Source: Styela clava
Lineage: Eukaryota
Reading direction: 5' to 3'
DNA: 64,000 bases
NCBI RefSeq assembly: GCF_964204865.1
Contig: NC_135262.1
Coordinates: 17,298,001 to 17,362,000, forward strand
The notes under the pieces are model-generated. The model did not search any database and was not told the origin of the DNA. It was given only the letters and a program-made list of their open reading frames with translations. Below, one piece after another: positions 13,601-26,582 of this stretch (its first letter is position 1; every line of letters begins with the position of its first letter). A program made the translations under genes and the position numbers.

Positions 13601-16600
13601 TAACTAATTCCCTCAAGTTTCAACGTGTTTTCAACAAAACAATACCCCGGCGATAATTATAGCTAAAATGTTACCGAGCAATTCACAATTTTATTTATGG
13701 AATTTGCAAATTCACCAGTTTCTTGACGATTTTGATATTGTCACGCCCTAATTATTAGTGCAAAAAAATACTCCCCTTCTTCCGCGGCGGTTTGACGGGT
13801 TCTTTGTTCCATTCTTCAGAAAGTTCTGACACGGGGGATATAGAATACTGAATCCGGAGGGTTGAATCCCTGTCCACTTACTGGTGATTTTCCGTTTTGA
13901 AATGCGTGAAACATTCTCTATTTTAAATTAAATGACGTTTCGCGGGCTAGAGTTCTCCCCGAAAATGATGTGTTCCAGACGTTAGTTAGACGATAGATAA
14001 AACATTAAATTAATAATTTTCGTGACCCCCGATTTCGAAAATACAAAGTTATATCGCAAAAAAATGCGTTATAATACATTTGGAATGAAACATTATTTAC
14101 GGTGAATTCAGATCACATTTTATTCTCCATGACACCCGGTATCCGAAAATACAGTTGTATCTCGAAAAATGTGTTTTGTTACATTTAAAATAAAACATTT
14201 TTGCAATTAATTTAGATCAAATTTTACCTTTCACGGTAACCCGTTTCCGAAAATACAAAGTTATATCACAAAAAATGCGTTTTGTTACATTTATTTTGCA
14301 TTCCCAATAAAATACATATTTTCCCTAATTAAGGTCGTCGATGAATCTGTTCCTGTCGTTCAAGCTCGACACACGTTTGGACGAGTGTGGGGCGGTTTTT
14401 TGATCGACGATAAATTAAAAAGTTGCCACACGTTATTTGTATAACCATAATAACTGAAAATTAAGATTTTATAATAGAAGTGAATTTGTCTCAAGATGGT
14501 ATTTTACGATTCCTGCCCACAGAAAATAAACACGCTGACAGGCTTGGTTATAATTGATATTCGTTTAATTTATTTTACACTATTAATAAACGCGCCACAC
14601 CAATTGCGACCATATAAATTGCAGTCGCATCGGTATGGACTGTATGTTTTTGCCGCTCTCAAATTAATAATAATTTTCAACAAAACAATACCCCGACGGT
14701 CATTAAAGCTGAATTCGTTACCGAGTAATTCGCAATTTTATTTACGGAATTTGCAATTTCAAGATCTCACTTGACGATTTTGATGATGTCATGCCCTAAT
14801 TATTACTGCTTAAATGCCTCAAAATACAACAAATGTAATTATTTTCGACGATAACAGGCGCAACAATTCGTAAACGAGCCGTTATAACGAAATTCGCGAT
14901 TGATTTTACCTCTCTCTTGTTTACAATTTTAACATCCCGCCGGCCATGTATGGTCGAATAAAATGTTCACATATTCGAAACATGACTTGGCCAAGGATGG
15001 AAGGGATCACTAAAGAGCTAATAGAAAGTACATACGCGAGGGTATGATATTAATATTGAGAATATGTGTGAGCATATCACAGAACGGAAATATTTTGCAC
15101 CCGGCTGTTTGTTGGCAGAACAACGATACGCTAAAGTTAATTGATCGAATACAGGGAAGTATTCATTTATCATCTCACTTGCGAACATCGAGGTTTTGGC
15201 GGAATTGTACGATCATGTTGTCTTTCTTAAATGATAACTTTTTCAATAAATGTTCATTTTACTTTTGCCTCCTTATTATATATATGTCTGGTTTTCATTT
15301 ATTTTAAATTCGAAATTGTCCGAAATACTTCAACAGGTGTATAGGTACAATAATAATAGTACTTACCAAAGTACCTACCAGGGAAGTTTAATACACACGA
15401 TGTGTAAAGGGCGTCGTAACTCCCGTTTATTAATTATAAATTTTTTTACATTCTGCTTAAAAAACATATCAGCGTTCATGTGGTCGAATAAAAATTATTT
15501 ATCAAATGGATTGGTATTTCGAGACACTCTCAAAATTATTTGGGATCCATTATCATATCATTCGTTTATTTTTTAAATTCATGTTTTTCTCAAGAATCAC
15601 CCTCGTTATATTTAGTGTACCTTCGCAAAGTAAACTCTTTGATGTCATTGTTCCTATTAGTGTAATTGAAATATATGGAAACCTCGCAAGTGGCGTTGTG
15701 ATGCGAATATTTGATACTAGGTCAGCAGCATTACAAAGAGTGCTATTTATGAATGCTGAAAGTACATGAGATTACTAAACATTTTGCCAATATATGATGT
15801 TTTCTGCCCGATTTAAACTAACTCGCACGCAAACCAAGGCATGTGGACATTTAAAAATTACTTGTCTTTGGGTAAGCTCTGAAATAGTATAATATAAATG
15901 TAAATGAGAAATTAGGTCACGCTAGCTCACGAAACGGGAGGATTTTCAAAGTGATCTTGTGTAATATTTCGGAGAAAAAAGTTCGAAAGGAAAGTAGGTC
16001 AACCTATCTCCTAAAACAGGGGAGTATCCTGCATAATATTTCGGAGTTAACCTATCTTTTAAAACAGCGGGTGGCGACTTTCAAAGTGGTTCAAAATCAC
16101 AAATTAATAATTATCAGATTAGGTTTAGGGATGAATCGAAAAGTTGAATTTCCAGCGCACCTAACCCTAATTAGTTGATTGCTATTTATATTTGGGGGGG
16201 GGGGGGGGGATTATTTTGCACCGGATTTGTACAAACGATCCACCCTGTAACTAATATGGTTTCCAGCCGGCCTCGTGTCTGTTAGATGGGAGGAGTAACA
16301 AATGTGAAAGTCTTTGCTGTTTACGCAAGTAAGCAACTGACACGTGATACATTGCATGAAAGTTTTGTCCGTGGCAGGTGTTAGCAGATGTCATTTCATT
16401 GCCGATGAATTCGCTTGTTTTAATTAAACATGAATTCGCTTGAAGGGAACTCGGTTAACGAAAAGGCTTCTCTTTGAATCATAATATTAACCGGAGGAGC
16501 GCTTTTTCGAGTATCTATGCCGTTTTAAATGGGTTATATGAAAGGCTAGGGCACCTAACTTGTTAAAATCGGCAAAAGCACTTTCGCACTTTTTTTTTGG

Positions 16601-18719
16601 ACTGCGAAGCACTTTCGCACTCATAATTTGCTTAGAGTTAACACTGGACTACCGGTACTAGCTAGGATGCGGTATGGCTGTATGGTGCAATTCCAAAAGA
16701 ATTCTCAATGCAAACTGAAGTCGTACTGCGCTCAGTTTATACCAATAAATCTTTGGACATCAAGATTTAATTCTCCGTTTCAAAACAACAACCTATCATG
16801 CTAATATGCCGCACCGGGATCCCGGTATTTCAAATTTGTATTCAGCAGCGACACAACAGATGCGAAAGATGTTTAAATTAAACTTGCCCTATCTAGCTGA
16901 ATTTTTATTAGTTTAAAAAAGCAACTCACTTACCAGAGATGAAAAGGAAAACAACTTCCGTACCTCCTTCGATCACGGTGATTCACGATTGCTCGAGTAG
17001 CACGGCGAAGCAACTGAGCAAGACCGGTTAGCTCACTTCCAGACCTCCTAAATAGGAGGTCTGATGTTCTGGACCGATAGCACGGATTTGAATCGCAGGC
17101 GAACCACTGAAGCGTGAATATGTGGTCTACTAGACCGGTTCCAGCGGACATGTAATCAGGCCTATAATCAGTCCCCTGGGTTATTATATTCATGAAATTT
17201 TGAGAAACGGACCAATGGTCAGTCAGGTCTGGTTTTATCTGAAATATAATTTCACGCGAGCTTTATGTTCATTATACATTGAAAAATGTATGTTCAACTC
17301 GAAATGTAGTAGTAGATAATATTTAAAGTTGGTACTCTACCCGAATACAAATTATAGCGTGTTGCGAATGTGGAAGATGTTTATTTAAGAACTAGTTATT
17401 TGCAGTATGTTACATGAAATTTTTGAACAAAGCCTTTGATTTCTGGAATGTTGTGTTTAGTATAATATTGGAAACCAAGAGGAAAGTCCCCGTGTTATCA
17501 AGTGTTTTACTAAACATAGCTACATAAACTTACGCCTGAATGATACTGATAGTTTTTTGTCCGATTTAAATTTTCTTTTATAGAAATGAATATGCCTACG
17601 CGAGCAGTGACGGTATGGTTTATATCCGGGACTTTAGCACCGTTGGGTCTGAAATGAAGCTACGTAATACCTTACAAGGACACGAACTTGAAATCACGTG
17701 CATCAAATGGAACCCTATTTATCATAGATGGATAAGTGGCTCGGAGGATGGTACTATAAGAATATGGGTAAGAGAATCTAAATTTGACACATACTATTTT
17801 TCGTTAAGGTAACATGGTGTGCCAACTCTCGAGTGCGACGAACTCTCGAAAATAAAAAAAAGGGGCTCTGTAATCAGTATCGCTCCGGCCCTTGTCCACA
17901 AAATTTGTGAAAGCTCAGCTTTATTTTGCCGAAAAATATTCTCCCAAAGCGATTGACTGAGTTCCGAATTAGACATTGTGGAGTTGAATTTTTGCTTTGA
18001 CTCTAACTCCCTCTTATGGCGAGTTTAAAAATAATACTTTGTTACTATTATGCGCCAGACACCCAATTCCAAATAGATATTGTACCCAACCAACAGTCAA
18101 AGGTCACCTCGATATCACGAGTAGCATAATCTTGTCACAACACCTCTTACCGCCCTAAAATTATATCACATTGCGTTACTGTCAATTTGTGGAGACAAAC
18201 CATGTTACATTTCATGAACCTTTTTTAACAGACTGACGACGGCATGTCATGTGAGCACGTACTATCAACTGAGGGCAGTGTATCAACACTATGCATAGAT
18301 CGGACTAACGGTTCTATTGTGGCCGGTGTTGAAAATATAATAAAGTGAGTAAATATTTTAATATTTATTTTTTTTATTCGTAAAATATTATTTCACGTCC
18401 TATATTTTTAGAGTGTACGACTTGGAAACAATGAATTTAGTTCAGACAAACGTCGGACACACGGACAGTATACGAAGTATAATACACGTTCTGGAAAGGT
18501 CGCAGGTATGTCATTTTGTAGCATAATGACTTCATTCCAGCTATCGGTATCTAATTTAATCGTTTTCGTTTTTTATAGTATGTTTCTGGTTCTTGGGATA
18601 AATCCATACGAATTTGGAACGCGTACAAAAGACCAGTTCGTCGCAGAAAACCCGCACCACGTGACGCGGATGACAAAGCCAGTCCGCAAGTAAAAGAAGA
18701 AAAAAAAGTTGCCGTTTAG
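7604..18719 (+). CDS. WD40-repeat protein, 3' portion (5' exons not identified in window)
   Basis: Phase-consistent AG/GT exons: 7604-7765, 9067-9190, 9891-10091, 11110-11324, 17584-17767, 18232-18344, 18412-18505, 18579-18719 (TAG). Translation shows repeated WD motifs: LITSSEDGNIYIWG, LLGHESCVTSF...MLSGGWDRKILVWN, LQGHELEITCIKWNP...WISGSEDGTIRIW, VGHTDSIRSIIHV...YVSGSWDKSIRIWN. Confidence 0.9.
8035..8454. mobile_element. hAT MITE (intronic)
   Basis: TIRs cagtggttcccaaac / gtttggaaacccctg; 8-bp TSD gtataaat/gtatagat (7/8 match); repeated gcgacccc subterminal motifs. Confidence 0.8.
9564..9747. mobile_element. Tc1/mariner-type MITE
   Basis: TA-flanked imperfect TIRs gagggtgtaccccaaaacagaaccc / gggcttcgtttttaggtaaccctg. 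Confidence 0.55.
11362..11550 (-). repeat. Dispersed short repeat family, copy 1
   Basis: Core gacag(t/g)(c/g)cccgaactcgt(a/t)atagaa(c/t)taaa and end motif gagtacc shared with 51999-52178 and 60930-61079. Confidence 0.7.
12299..16646. mobile_element. Inner hAT-like TIR element nested in the 5.5-kb element
   Basis: Ends cagtgttcact / agttaacactg with shared subterminal repeats (cactttcgca, ggactgcgaa) at both ends. Confidence 0.55.
14030..14295. repeat. Diverged tandem repeat, about 105-bp unit, 2.5 copies
   Basis: cgaaaatac(aa)agtt(a/g)tatc...aaaaatg(c/t)gtt recurs at about 14035, 14143 and 14247. Confidence 0.7.
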
Positions 18720-18721
18720 AC

Positions 18722-19013
18722 CAGTGGTTCTCAACCGTTACTTTCTCATGGCCCATATTTATCGTCAAAAGATATCTGATTAAAAAATTATTGAAAATTT
18801 TGAATGTCATGGAAAATTACAAAAATAATCATTGCTACTATTTATCAGCTTCTCAGGTTAAATTTCCAAAACTTGGTTCAACCGCAAGCATAAAACCTTT
18901 TTCAACTTGTAATTCATGATGTGTTTCTGGGGACCCACTGTAGGTCCAATGAAAACTCCAAGTCCAAGAAGGCCGGCTGCGTAAGCCCCAAGGGACCACT
19001 TTGAGGAACACTG
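18722..19013. mobile_element. hAT MITE immediately after the WD40 stop codon
   Basis: TIRs cagtggttctcaa / ttgaggaacactg; TSD not recognisable. Confidence 0.6.
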
Positions 19014-20489
19014 AACTAAAATATCACTGTTTTTGGTCGCAGAATTCAGAAGGGCTTGTTTTGGTATATACGGGAAATACACAGTTACCGGTACCGAGCA
19101 TTAACTATTACACAACTAAATTTAAGTTTCACATCCTGATTGTTGTCCTTGTCGCACACTGTACCTTCTACATATTGCAACTTTTAATTAAAACAATCTT
19201 CCTCCTTTACCTAGAATTCTGGGCCGTATATAAAAATATTTTATAATGATGTAAAATTGCTTTTGTTATATTGTATTTCTAGGCATAGCTGTGTCTTTTA
19301 CACACTGTTATACGTTTGAGATTTATTTGTGTTATGTTACCTGCTTCATGTTATATACTTATGCATATTTTGTTTAGATTATATATATATTTTTATCTAC
19401 AAGAAGTACACTTTTGATTCCAAAAATAAATTTACCTAACAGTATTTACCTATGTTCTTGTTAATGTATACTTTCAAGAGATGTCAAAATATTATTCAAC
19501 ATCATTCCAAAAATCTTACTGTGAAAATTTCAAATGATATTTTTATTTCTAAAGTTTTAGTATCGACTGTTTGAATCTGTGTAATACTTCTCCCTCCTTG
19601 TCCCACCAAACCCAATTTTTCATGATTTTCATAATTCTCCGCTTTTATATTGCAAATATGTACGTCCATGCATGATCTCGTTCCAATCGAGGATATTTCA
19701 ACCACAGTTTATACTTGTGAATATAATTAAATGTTATCTACACGGTAATGACTGTACCGTAATGACTAAAATAAAATTGTTACACTCCGTGCCGAATATT
19801 GTACTATAGAGATTTTAGAATTATCCTATATTTTTATATAAATATGTTATATTATTTGCATGCAAAGATTATATTTATTTTGTTAGAAACAAATATATAT
19901 TTATACATTTTCATGATCTCATTTCGTCTGCATTTACAAAAATTCCCTTCAGTTTCGCCCGGTCACCAACTCCTGAGTCCTTTAACTAAAAGCTGTAGGC
20001 TGTAGTCAAAGGTAGTAGATTTTGAAATACAAATATATGTTCACCGGCCACGAGTGTAAATTCGCCATACTTGACCCATACCCTGTCTATGTAACTTTGG
20101 CTCAGTAAGTCGTGCAAAACGCTAACCAACAAAACCTATATAGGTGAATCGGAGTTAGGTCGCGGATGAACAGCTAAGACTTTAAAAATCAGTGATAAAA
20201 GAAGCCAGTTTACGTTTACAGTGCAATATAACTGCAATAAAGAGAAGCAGTTGCAGTTCAGAGAAATGTTGGTCGCTTTAAAAAAATCCATACCTATACA
20301 TACAGTGTACTGTCTTGATGTCGGAATTTGCAACACGGTGTATAAATGGCCCATGGCAACGGGAAAACACAATGCCGAATGAAGGCGTGGGCCGTTGCTG
20401 CAACAAATGAATGTAATTGTAAGTAATGTCTCTGGCATATGACACACGACACCTTTCTTGTCATATATATTCTTTTTTGGTTTGCATTC

Positions 20490-21430
20490 TGACTGTATCA
20501 CCTGGGCTAAATTAGGTAGCAATTTTGAAGACTTATCAAAATATTTCTTTTGTTCGCTTCTTTTGTGCAGCAATTGAGCATGCAGTTCTTTCGAATTTCA
20601 GGATTCAACAAATTCTTTGATATAGGTATGTCGCCTTTTGTTCGACGTGATAGCAACTGTTGTGCAGAAGAACCAAGTATATATGTCATATCCAGGCACA
20701 TTTTGAATGTTTAATTAGGTAACGTATGGATCAGATCGATCTAATTTTCCAGCTAATCCGTTGTTTGGGGAAATGTTTTGATCAGTCTTGTTTTTTTCAG
20801 CCAGTTCATGAGCTTTTGGTGAGGGAATGGAAACAATTGTCAGAATATCAAAATCATCATAATCATGCATAATATTTTCAGGTTTATCATTTGAAACTTA
20901 TGCTCGTGACTATATGTATCAACAATATATATACATTTCAATACCCTTCTTATGAATTATTTTCAAATCATACTTTTGTAAACGTAACATTATTTTTTGT
21001 AATCTGAGGGTTGCACTCAGAAAAGGTTTCGTCAAGATAGATTGAGGTTCATGATCAGATTCAATGAAAATTTTTTTACCAAATATACAATGATGAAATA
21101 TTCGCAATCTGTGCATACCTCGTTTCAGTATCGATTAATGCACGTGACATGCATAAGCAATGGGTACATTATCATGCAAACGAGAAGCTCCAAAACCTTT
21201 CTGGAATGCATCACATGTTAAAGTTACACTTTTGTTGCAGACAAAAATTTTTAAATTGGCATATTGGTAAGCATATTTTTGCGCATATTAAAGAGCATTA
21301 CGTTCATTTTTATTTCAACCACGTCATGGCTAAACAACAAACGTAAATTAGCAGTATGTTCCCTCAATTTTGGCATAAATTTAGCAAGGTAAGAAATCAT
21401 TCCAATAGTCAAAGTCAAGTTTATTTTTTC
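20490..21430 (-). pseudogene. Degenerate Gypsy/Ty3 pol relic (RT end, RNase H, integrase C-terminus)
   Basis: Fragments GMISYLAKFMPKL...TANLRLL, VTLTCDAFQKGFGA, IFGKKIFIESDHEP...RLQKIMLRLQKYDLKIIHKKG, SSAQQLLSRRTKGDIP...LLNP and QKKYFDK in the expected order, with frameshifts and deletions. Confidence 0.85.
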
Positions 21431-22763
21431 CATCCAGTAAAAAAAAACATACGAAATTGACAAAATTGAACACATTTTTACTGGGGAAGGGAAGTCGCGG
21501 GGGACCAGGATTGGTTATCGAGCAGCGACAACCAAAATTAAAATTGTATTAATTAAATTAAAGTGAAACCGCGTTTGCATTGTTGTCCCCAGTAAATATT
21601 TAGAATTTATTACATTAGAGTTTAGAATTCTTGACATAGGCTGTGTACACCCTGAGCAGAATTTCATATAGTTTATTAAGTCGGTGTTTATTAAGATATT
21701 ACGAGTTCATCAGACGACTCAAACATCAGAGTGTTCGCTTATTTTTTGTCTTCAAGTATCATATTAACCTTCTTTATTAAAAATAAACACTGAAACTTAT
21801 TTATTGGACACGAAATGGGCCTATGAGTCGTTTTCCTAAATTGTTGTTGTGTTTTCTTTCTAGTATTCATCTTGTTGCTGCATTTTTGTTTTAAAAAAAA
21901 TTCTTTTCTCTTCAACAATTGGACCAATGAACTATTTGCATTATGTGGCAGTTCCACGATCGTATTTCAACGATTTAGTGGTCAGCGAAGTCGGGAGTTT
22001 TTTGATAATGTTGTGCTGATACATTCCGTGCGCCCACAGCACAATTTTAGCGTATATTTGTAACTAATAGCAGAACGTTTCTGAGTTTTTTGAGTTGAGT
22101 TTTTTGGCTATTCCAACTGTGGTTGGAATCCCGAGATTGAAACCCTTTTTTCTAACGTATTGTGCCTTTATTCTAGTAAAGCACACATCCTCTGTTTTCA
22201 AGCGTGGGCCATGTGACAGTAGTGACGAAACGCAGAACCCAATTAACGCCTCGCAATCCAGTTTTTTTAGTTAGGTCCCGAAATGCCAACTTAGACAGAC
22301 TTGGTTGTTATTTGACGCAAAGCCCATATATACCTAAGTTGCGCAACAATGGAAATTGGCCGCCATTTTCGATCAACATCGCCTGCGAGGTTACGGCGGT
22401 TCTGCGTGATCCGCGGCTAGGCTGGTGCCTTCTGCTATAGAATTAAAGGCCGTTCGGCTCTTAATTGCAGCGGGAATAGCAAAACAGTGCAACTATTCAA
22501 GCTATCATCAGATGCAGAGAAGGAGGAAATGGGAAAATAATTGTAGGCGACGTAAAGGCTGCAAATCTGGCCCAGGCAGTTCCTTGTGTGAGGTTAGTCA
22601 AACGAATGGCCTAATGTCAAACTAACACCAGGAAAGATAGGTTGTACCCCCCCCCCCCCCCACAACCCTACTGATTAGTAATGCAAGTGGAAACTTTATC
22701 GCCATCACCGGCACCATAGTCATAAATTCCCAATACATTATTGCCTGGAAACACCGACCATGT

Positions 22764-22799
22764 ATCGCTTCTTCGGCCTATTGGCTAAGATCAAGTGTA
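22764..22799 (+). pseudogene. RNU2: U2 snRNA 5' fragment (about 36 nt)
   Basis: atcgcttcttcggcctattggctaagatcaagtgta versus canonical U2 5' end ATCGCTTCTCGGCCTTTTGGCTAAGATCAAGTGTAG. Similarity stops within the branch-point recognition sequence; no Sm site or 3' stem-loops. Confidence 0.85.
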
Positions 22800-22831
22800 T
22801 ACACTGTACAGCAGCTGTACTGTACTTCTTC

Positions 22832-23237
22832 CCGTGTTTCCCCGAAATTTAGATAGGATTTAGATTTATTTTCTTTTAAAGAATAACACTATGTTATTTT
22901 TTTGGAAGAGGTCTTTTGAGTTCATTTATCAAAAATAAAAGTACATTGTATATATCACGAGATTTTTGAATATACATTATATAAAAACCGACATCCGTTT
23001 TTTTTATATTTGTGTTTCCTATAGTAAACAAAAATCAAGTGACAAATATCATAATTGTGATTGTGACATCGCACAATCCTGAATAGTGGTGCGATCTTCA
23101 CCTTGCCTCAGGTCAATGAACCTTTCTTTTCCCACGCATTTTAAATTCATTTCAAGGGTATGGTTTAATTAAAGTCATTTTTAAAATTTAAATCAGGTCT
23201 TATTTTCAGGCCAGATCTTATTTTCGAGGAAACACGG
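22832..23237. mobile_element. pogo/Tigger-type MITE
   Basis: TIRs ccgtgtttccccgaaa / tttcgaggaaacacgg, the right one followed by TA. Confidence 0.65.
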
Positions 23238-23825
23238 TAGTGTTACGATGATTAGCCATTGCTATGTTCTGTCTAAGCTGTAAATAGTGGGTCGCAACTC
23301 TAAAAAGTTTGGGAACGACTGCACTGCTAGTATTTAAAATATTACAAATCATTTTCAAGCAACAGCCGTAGATTCTGAAACAAATAATAATTACTAACTC
23401 AATTCACATAAAGACACAAAATGCTGAGAAGTTTGTACAATTGTAAGACGCTTACATTGTTGCCACCGAGCGTGTCCAATTGATATAACACAACACAAGT
23501 ACAATGTGAATGAGGATTTCGCATGAGATTCAGTACTAGCAGCAACATATCTTGAAGCAAAGAAGATTTGATTTAATATGCAACATGAATGGTAATATTT
23601 AAATTGTCCTATTTTAATCGTAATGCTGCTGTTTTCAAGATGATCGATGGTAGTATAAAACGCTTTCGAATTGAGATGCTACTAAATAGAATACCAAACT
23701 AACTACCTATATTAAAAATCAGATCATTGGCACTTACGGAGAGTTTTTACGACGTCTTTTCTCGTGTTTGGTTTGCGATGTCGCTTCAAAATATGTTTTT
23801 TCGTGACAGTTATAGTACTCAAGAC

Positions 23826-24244
23826 CAGAGGCGCAGCCATGATTTTTTCAACGGGGGGTTACGGTGCAGTTAAAACATTACACCAAAACTGCAATTCGCG
23901 ACGACGTAATGCGTTTATAAACTAAAATGTATGTAATTTTAAGCGAATGTAATTTTAAGCGAACAATATTATCATTACTGTCCCCGGGATGCGATATTTG
24001 TAAAGCGGATAGTTGACATTTCTATGCTTTTAATTTTAGATCGTGTCCGTGTTGCTTTCGTATTAAATAATAATTGAAAAACTCCGCAAATTGGTAATTT
24101 CTTGAATAAACAGTGTTGAGTATATACTTAACTCAGCTTTGGGTTAAAACACTGATACTAACTAAACACGTGAATAAATCGGCAATAATGGCATTTCTAC
24201 GTGGTCAAAATCCCCACGTATTGCCCCCTTTGGCTGCGCCCCTG
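23826..24244. mobile_element. hAT-type MITE
   Basis: TIRs cagaggcgcagcca / tggctgcgcccctg; 8-bp TSD ctcaagac/ctccagac. Confidence 0.8.
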
Positions 24245-25024
24245 CTCCAGACACTGGTTTACCGTTGATGTTGGCGAAGAAATATATTTCCGCCCAATTT
24301 TTCCTCTGACACTCTATTATTGACACTCATTTTGTGGTGAATCGTTAGTTAGTCCGTCTAAGTTGGAATTTCGCGGACTGAAAAAAAAACCTGGATCGCG
24401 CGGCGCTAAGTCAGCTCTGTGTTTCGTCACCCATAAATGCGATCTTTTATATTTCTATCAATTTGTGTATGCCATGTGTATTTTCAACGTATGCATCATC
24501 TATCACAAAGAAGTTTTCATGAACAGAATAAAAATTGTCGGCGTATGTAGATATTATTAAAACATATTATACAAGTCGTCGATAATTTTTATTCTTATAT
24601 GGTTGAAGCTTTATATGGAAGGAGGGACTTTATTTTTAAAATAAAATGTATAAAAAAATGAAACGAGTGCAACGAATAATACAACGAATAATACACCAAT
24701 ACACCGTACTAACAACCACAATAAAAGAAGATGACGTAAAATGAATGCATTCAGAAATGATAACATATTACAAACAGCTACATTAACATTGAAATACAAG
24801 AAATGGAATTAAAAAAAGACTTGATCTATAAATTCATAAGAGACTAGCCATATCGCCGTCAAATAATAATATTAAAAAACTTGCGCAAACAATTGAGTCG
24901 TGGGAATAAATTTACAAGCTATTACTTAATTAAACGACATTGTCATCTTCAGCTTCATCTGGTACATTTTCAACCTCATTATCGGGCACAAAATCAAACC
25001 GCTGAAGAGATCCGCCGACTATTG

Positions 25025-25648
25025 TCAATAAGCTAGTACGCAATTTACATGTTTCAATAACAACGTCGTCTTTCGTGACATCAGGACGGTACCAGCCAAG
25101 ATTCCTGAAGCCTCGATGATTTTCCAGTACCTCGGCCATGTGACTTCCCATTTCCATGTACTAACATCTTTTTGCTGTGTCACAACCAACAGCTCCTCAC
25201 TAAATATAGCAAGCGCAAGTGCCTTACTCGCATATGGTACCCATTTGGCACCGAGATTAGGCACCTCAAAACAAACTTGCGACACAATCATTCTGCACAG
25301 CTTTTTCGAAACGCTCCTTGGGCAATTATTGGTGTATCGAGCATCGCAGTATTCGTGACTGCATCCTGTTATGAAGTTGACAGTAATGTTTATTCTATCA
25401 ATTGTTATGCAAAAGCTGATGCAGTCGCCGCTTCCAATCAAATCTTGTGGTATGACTTCCGGTACCGGTTGCCGCGACTGAGAAGTAGGAGATAACGGGT
25501 GCTCCGTCGTGATAATTGCCAAATTGTTCCATTTACTATAGCACTGTGGTTCTAGCACAGTAACTCTTCCTCCGATGGACAGCCTGTTCTCAACATGTAA
25601 TATGCGAGCTACTTCGTCATGTCTAATTATGAAGACACACATTAGCAT
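25025..25648 (-). CDS. Uncharacterised 207-aa ORF, weak ZU5-like pattern; possibly part of a frameshifted gene
   Basis: Longest ORF in the window outside the formin exons, with higher GC than its flanks. Overlapped by a 75-aa ORF (24930-25157) and an upstream open frame (about 25623-25805). Confidence 0.4.
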   Translation of the reverse strand: MLMCVFIIRHDEVARILHVENRLSIGGRVTVLEPQCYSKWNNLAIITTEHPLSPTSQSRQPVPEVIPQDLIGSGDCISFCITIDRINITVNFITGCSHEYCDARYTNNCPRSVSKKLCRMIVSQVCFEVPNLGAKWVPYASKALALAIFSEELLVVTQQKDVSTWKWEVTWPRYWKIIEASGILAGTVLMSRKTTLLLKHVNCVLAY

Positions 25649-26582
25649 TTGTTTTAATTCTTGTTAAGATTTCAGTCGATAGAGGAGTTGCTCGTTCTAT
25701 ATGCAGAAGATGTCCTGTTATTTTACGCCTCCTTTTTTCTTCACTCAATATCGTGGGGAGTTCAACTTCCTGAAACCGCCTGTTCACAACACGCTGGATA
25801 GTTCAAATCCTTTGCCGAGAATGTCCAAGAGAAGTTAGACATTACTTTTGGTATTTATTTAAAAATATTCACGTAAATAAGTAGATGCCTTTACAGCGCA
25901 AAGTATATCAAGCACAACTTTAACTATAATACAACCTGTGTCATAACAAATATTAAAGTAATAATTTATTTAACACTGACAAATGTATTTTTATGAAGTG
26001 TGTTAATGCTCGTGTGCTTGTATATATAGACATGGTTTCCCTTTTATGCTTCTTTTGCATTAACTCATGCTTATGAAACCTTGCACTAAATAGCAACAAC
26101 AACACTTTCATATTTTTCATTCTGATACTTTTTCACTAATAGGTGGTTTATAACAATGAAGAATCCGAAACAAATAGTTTTACATCATAATTGGTTGTTC
26201 ACAAATCCTAATTTATACATTATCCCGTCCATTGCCTAACAAGCGTGACTCCTTTCCTATATGAACAAAAAGTCTGAATCATTGGAGAGTGACAGACTTT
26301 AAAAAAAAAATTGCAAATAAAATTTTTTCAAAAACCGTTTGCTTACGAATATACCCTTCACATGTATACCCTTGAATGGCACCACATTCCTGCCAAGTTT
26401 CGGTTCCGTCGGACAATTCCTACTATCCAAATATCTTACTTTTCTGGAGGCCTGGCCCTCATCCTTTATGCCGCAACCTTATATTTCTTTATAACTGCAT
26501 TAGCCCGCTCCAGTATATACCTTTACTTCACCAACATTATACTTTGAAACACTACTTATGTATAATGAAACATCGCAATATA

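Larger units (their letters stand above)
11647..17177. mobile_element. About 5.5-kb non-coding TIR-bounded composite element in WD40 intron
   Basis: Perfect 18-bp inverted repeat ataggcctgattacatgt (11658-11675 and 17148-17165) within a longer imperfect IR starting aggggac; no clear TSD. Confidence 0.6.

Noticed and set aside
22621-22630. tggtgttag (minus strand) as PBS of the Gypsy relic
   Set aside because: No LTR pair or adjacent CA terminus could be identified.
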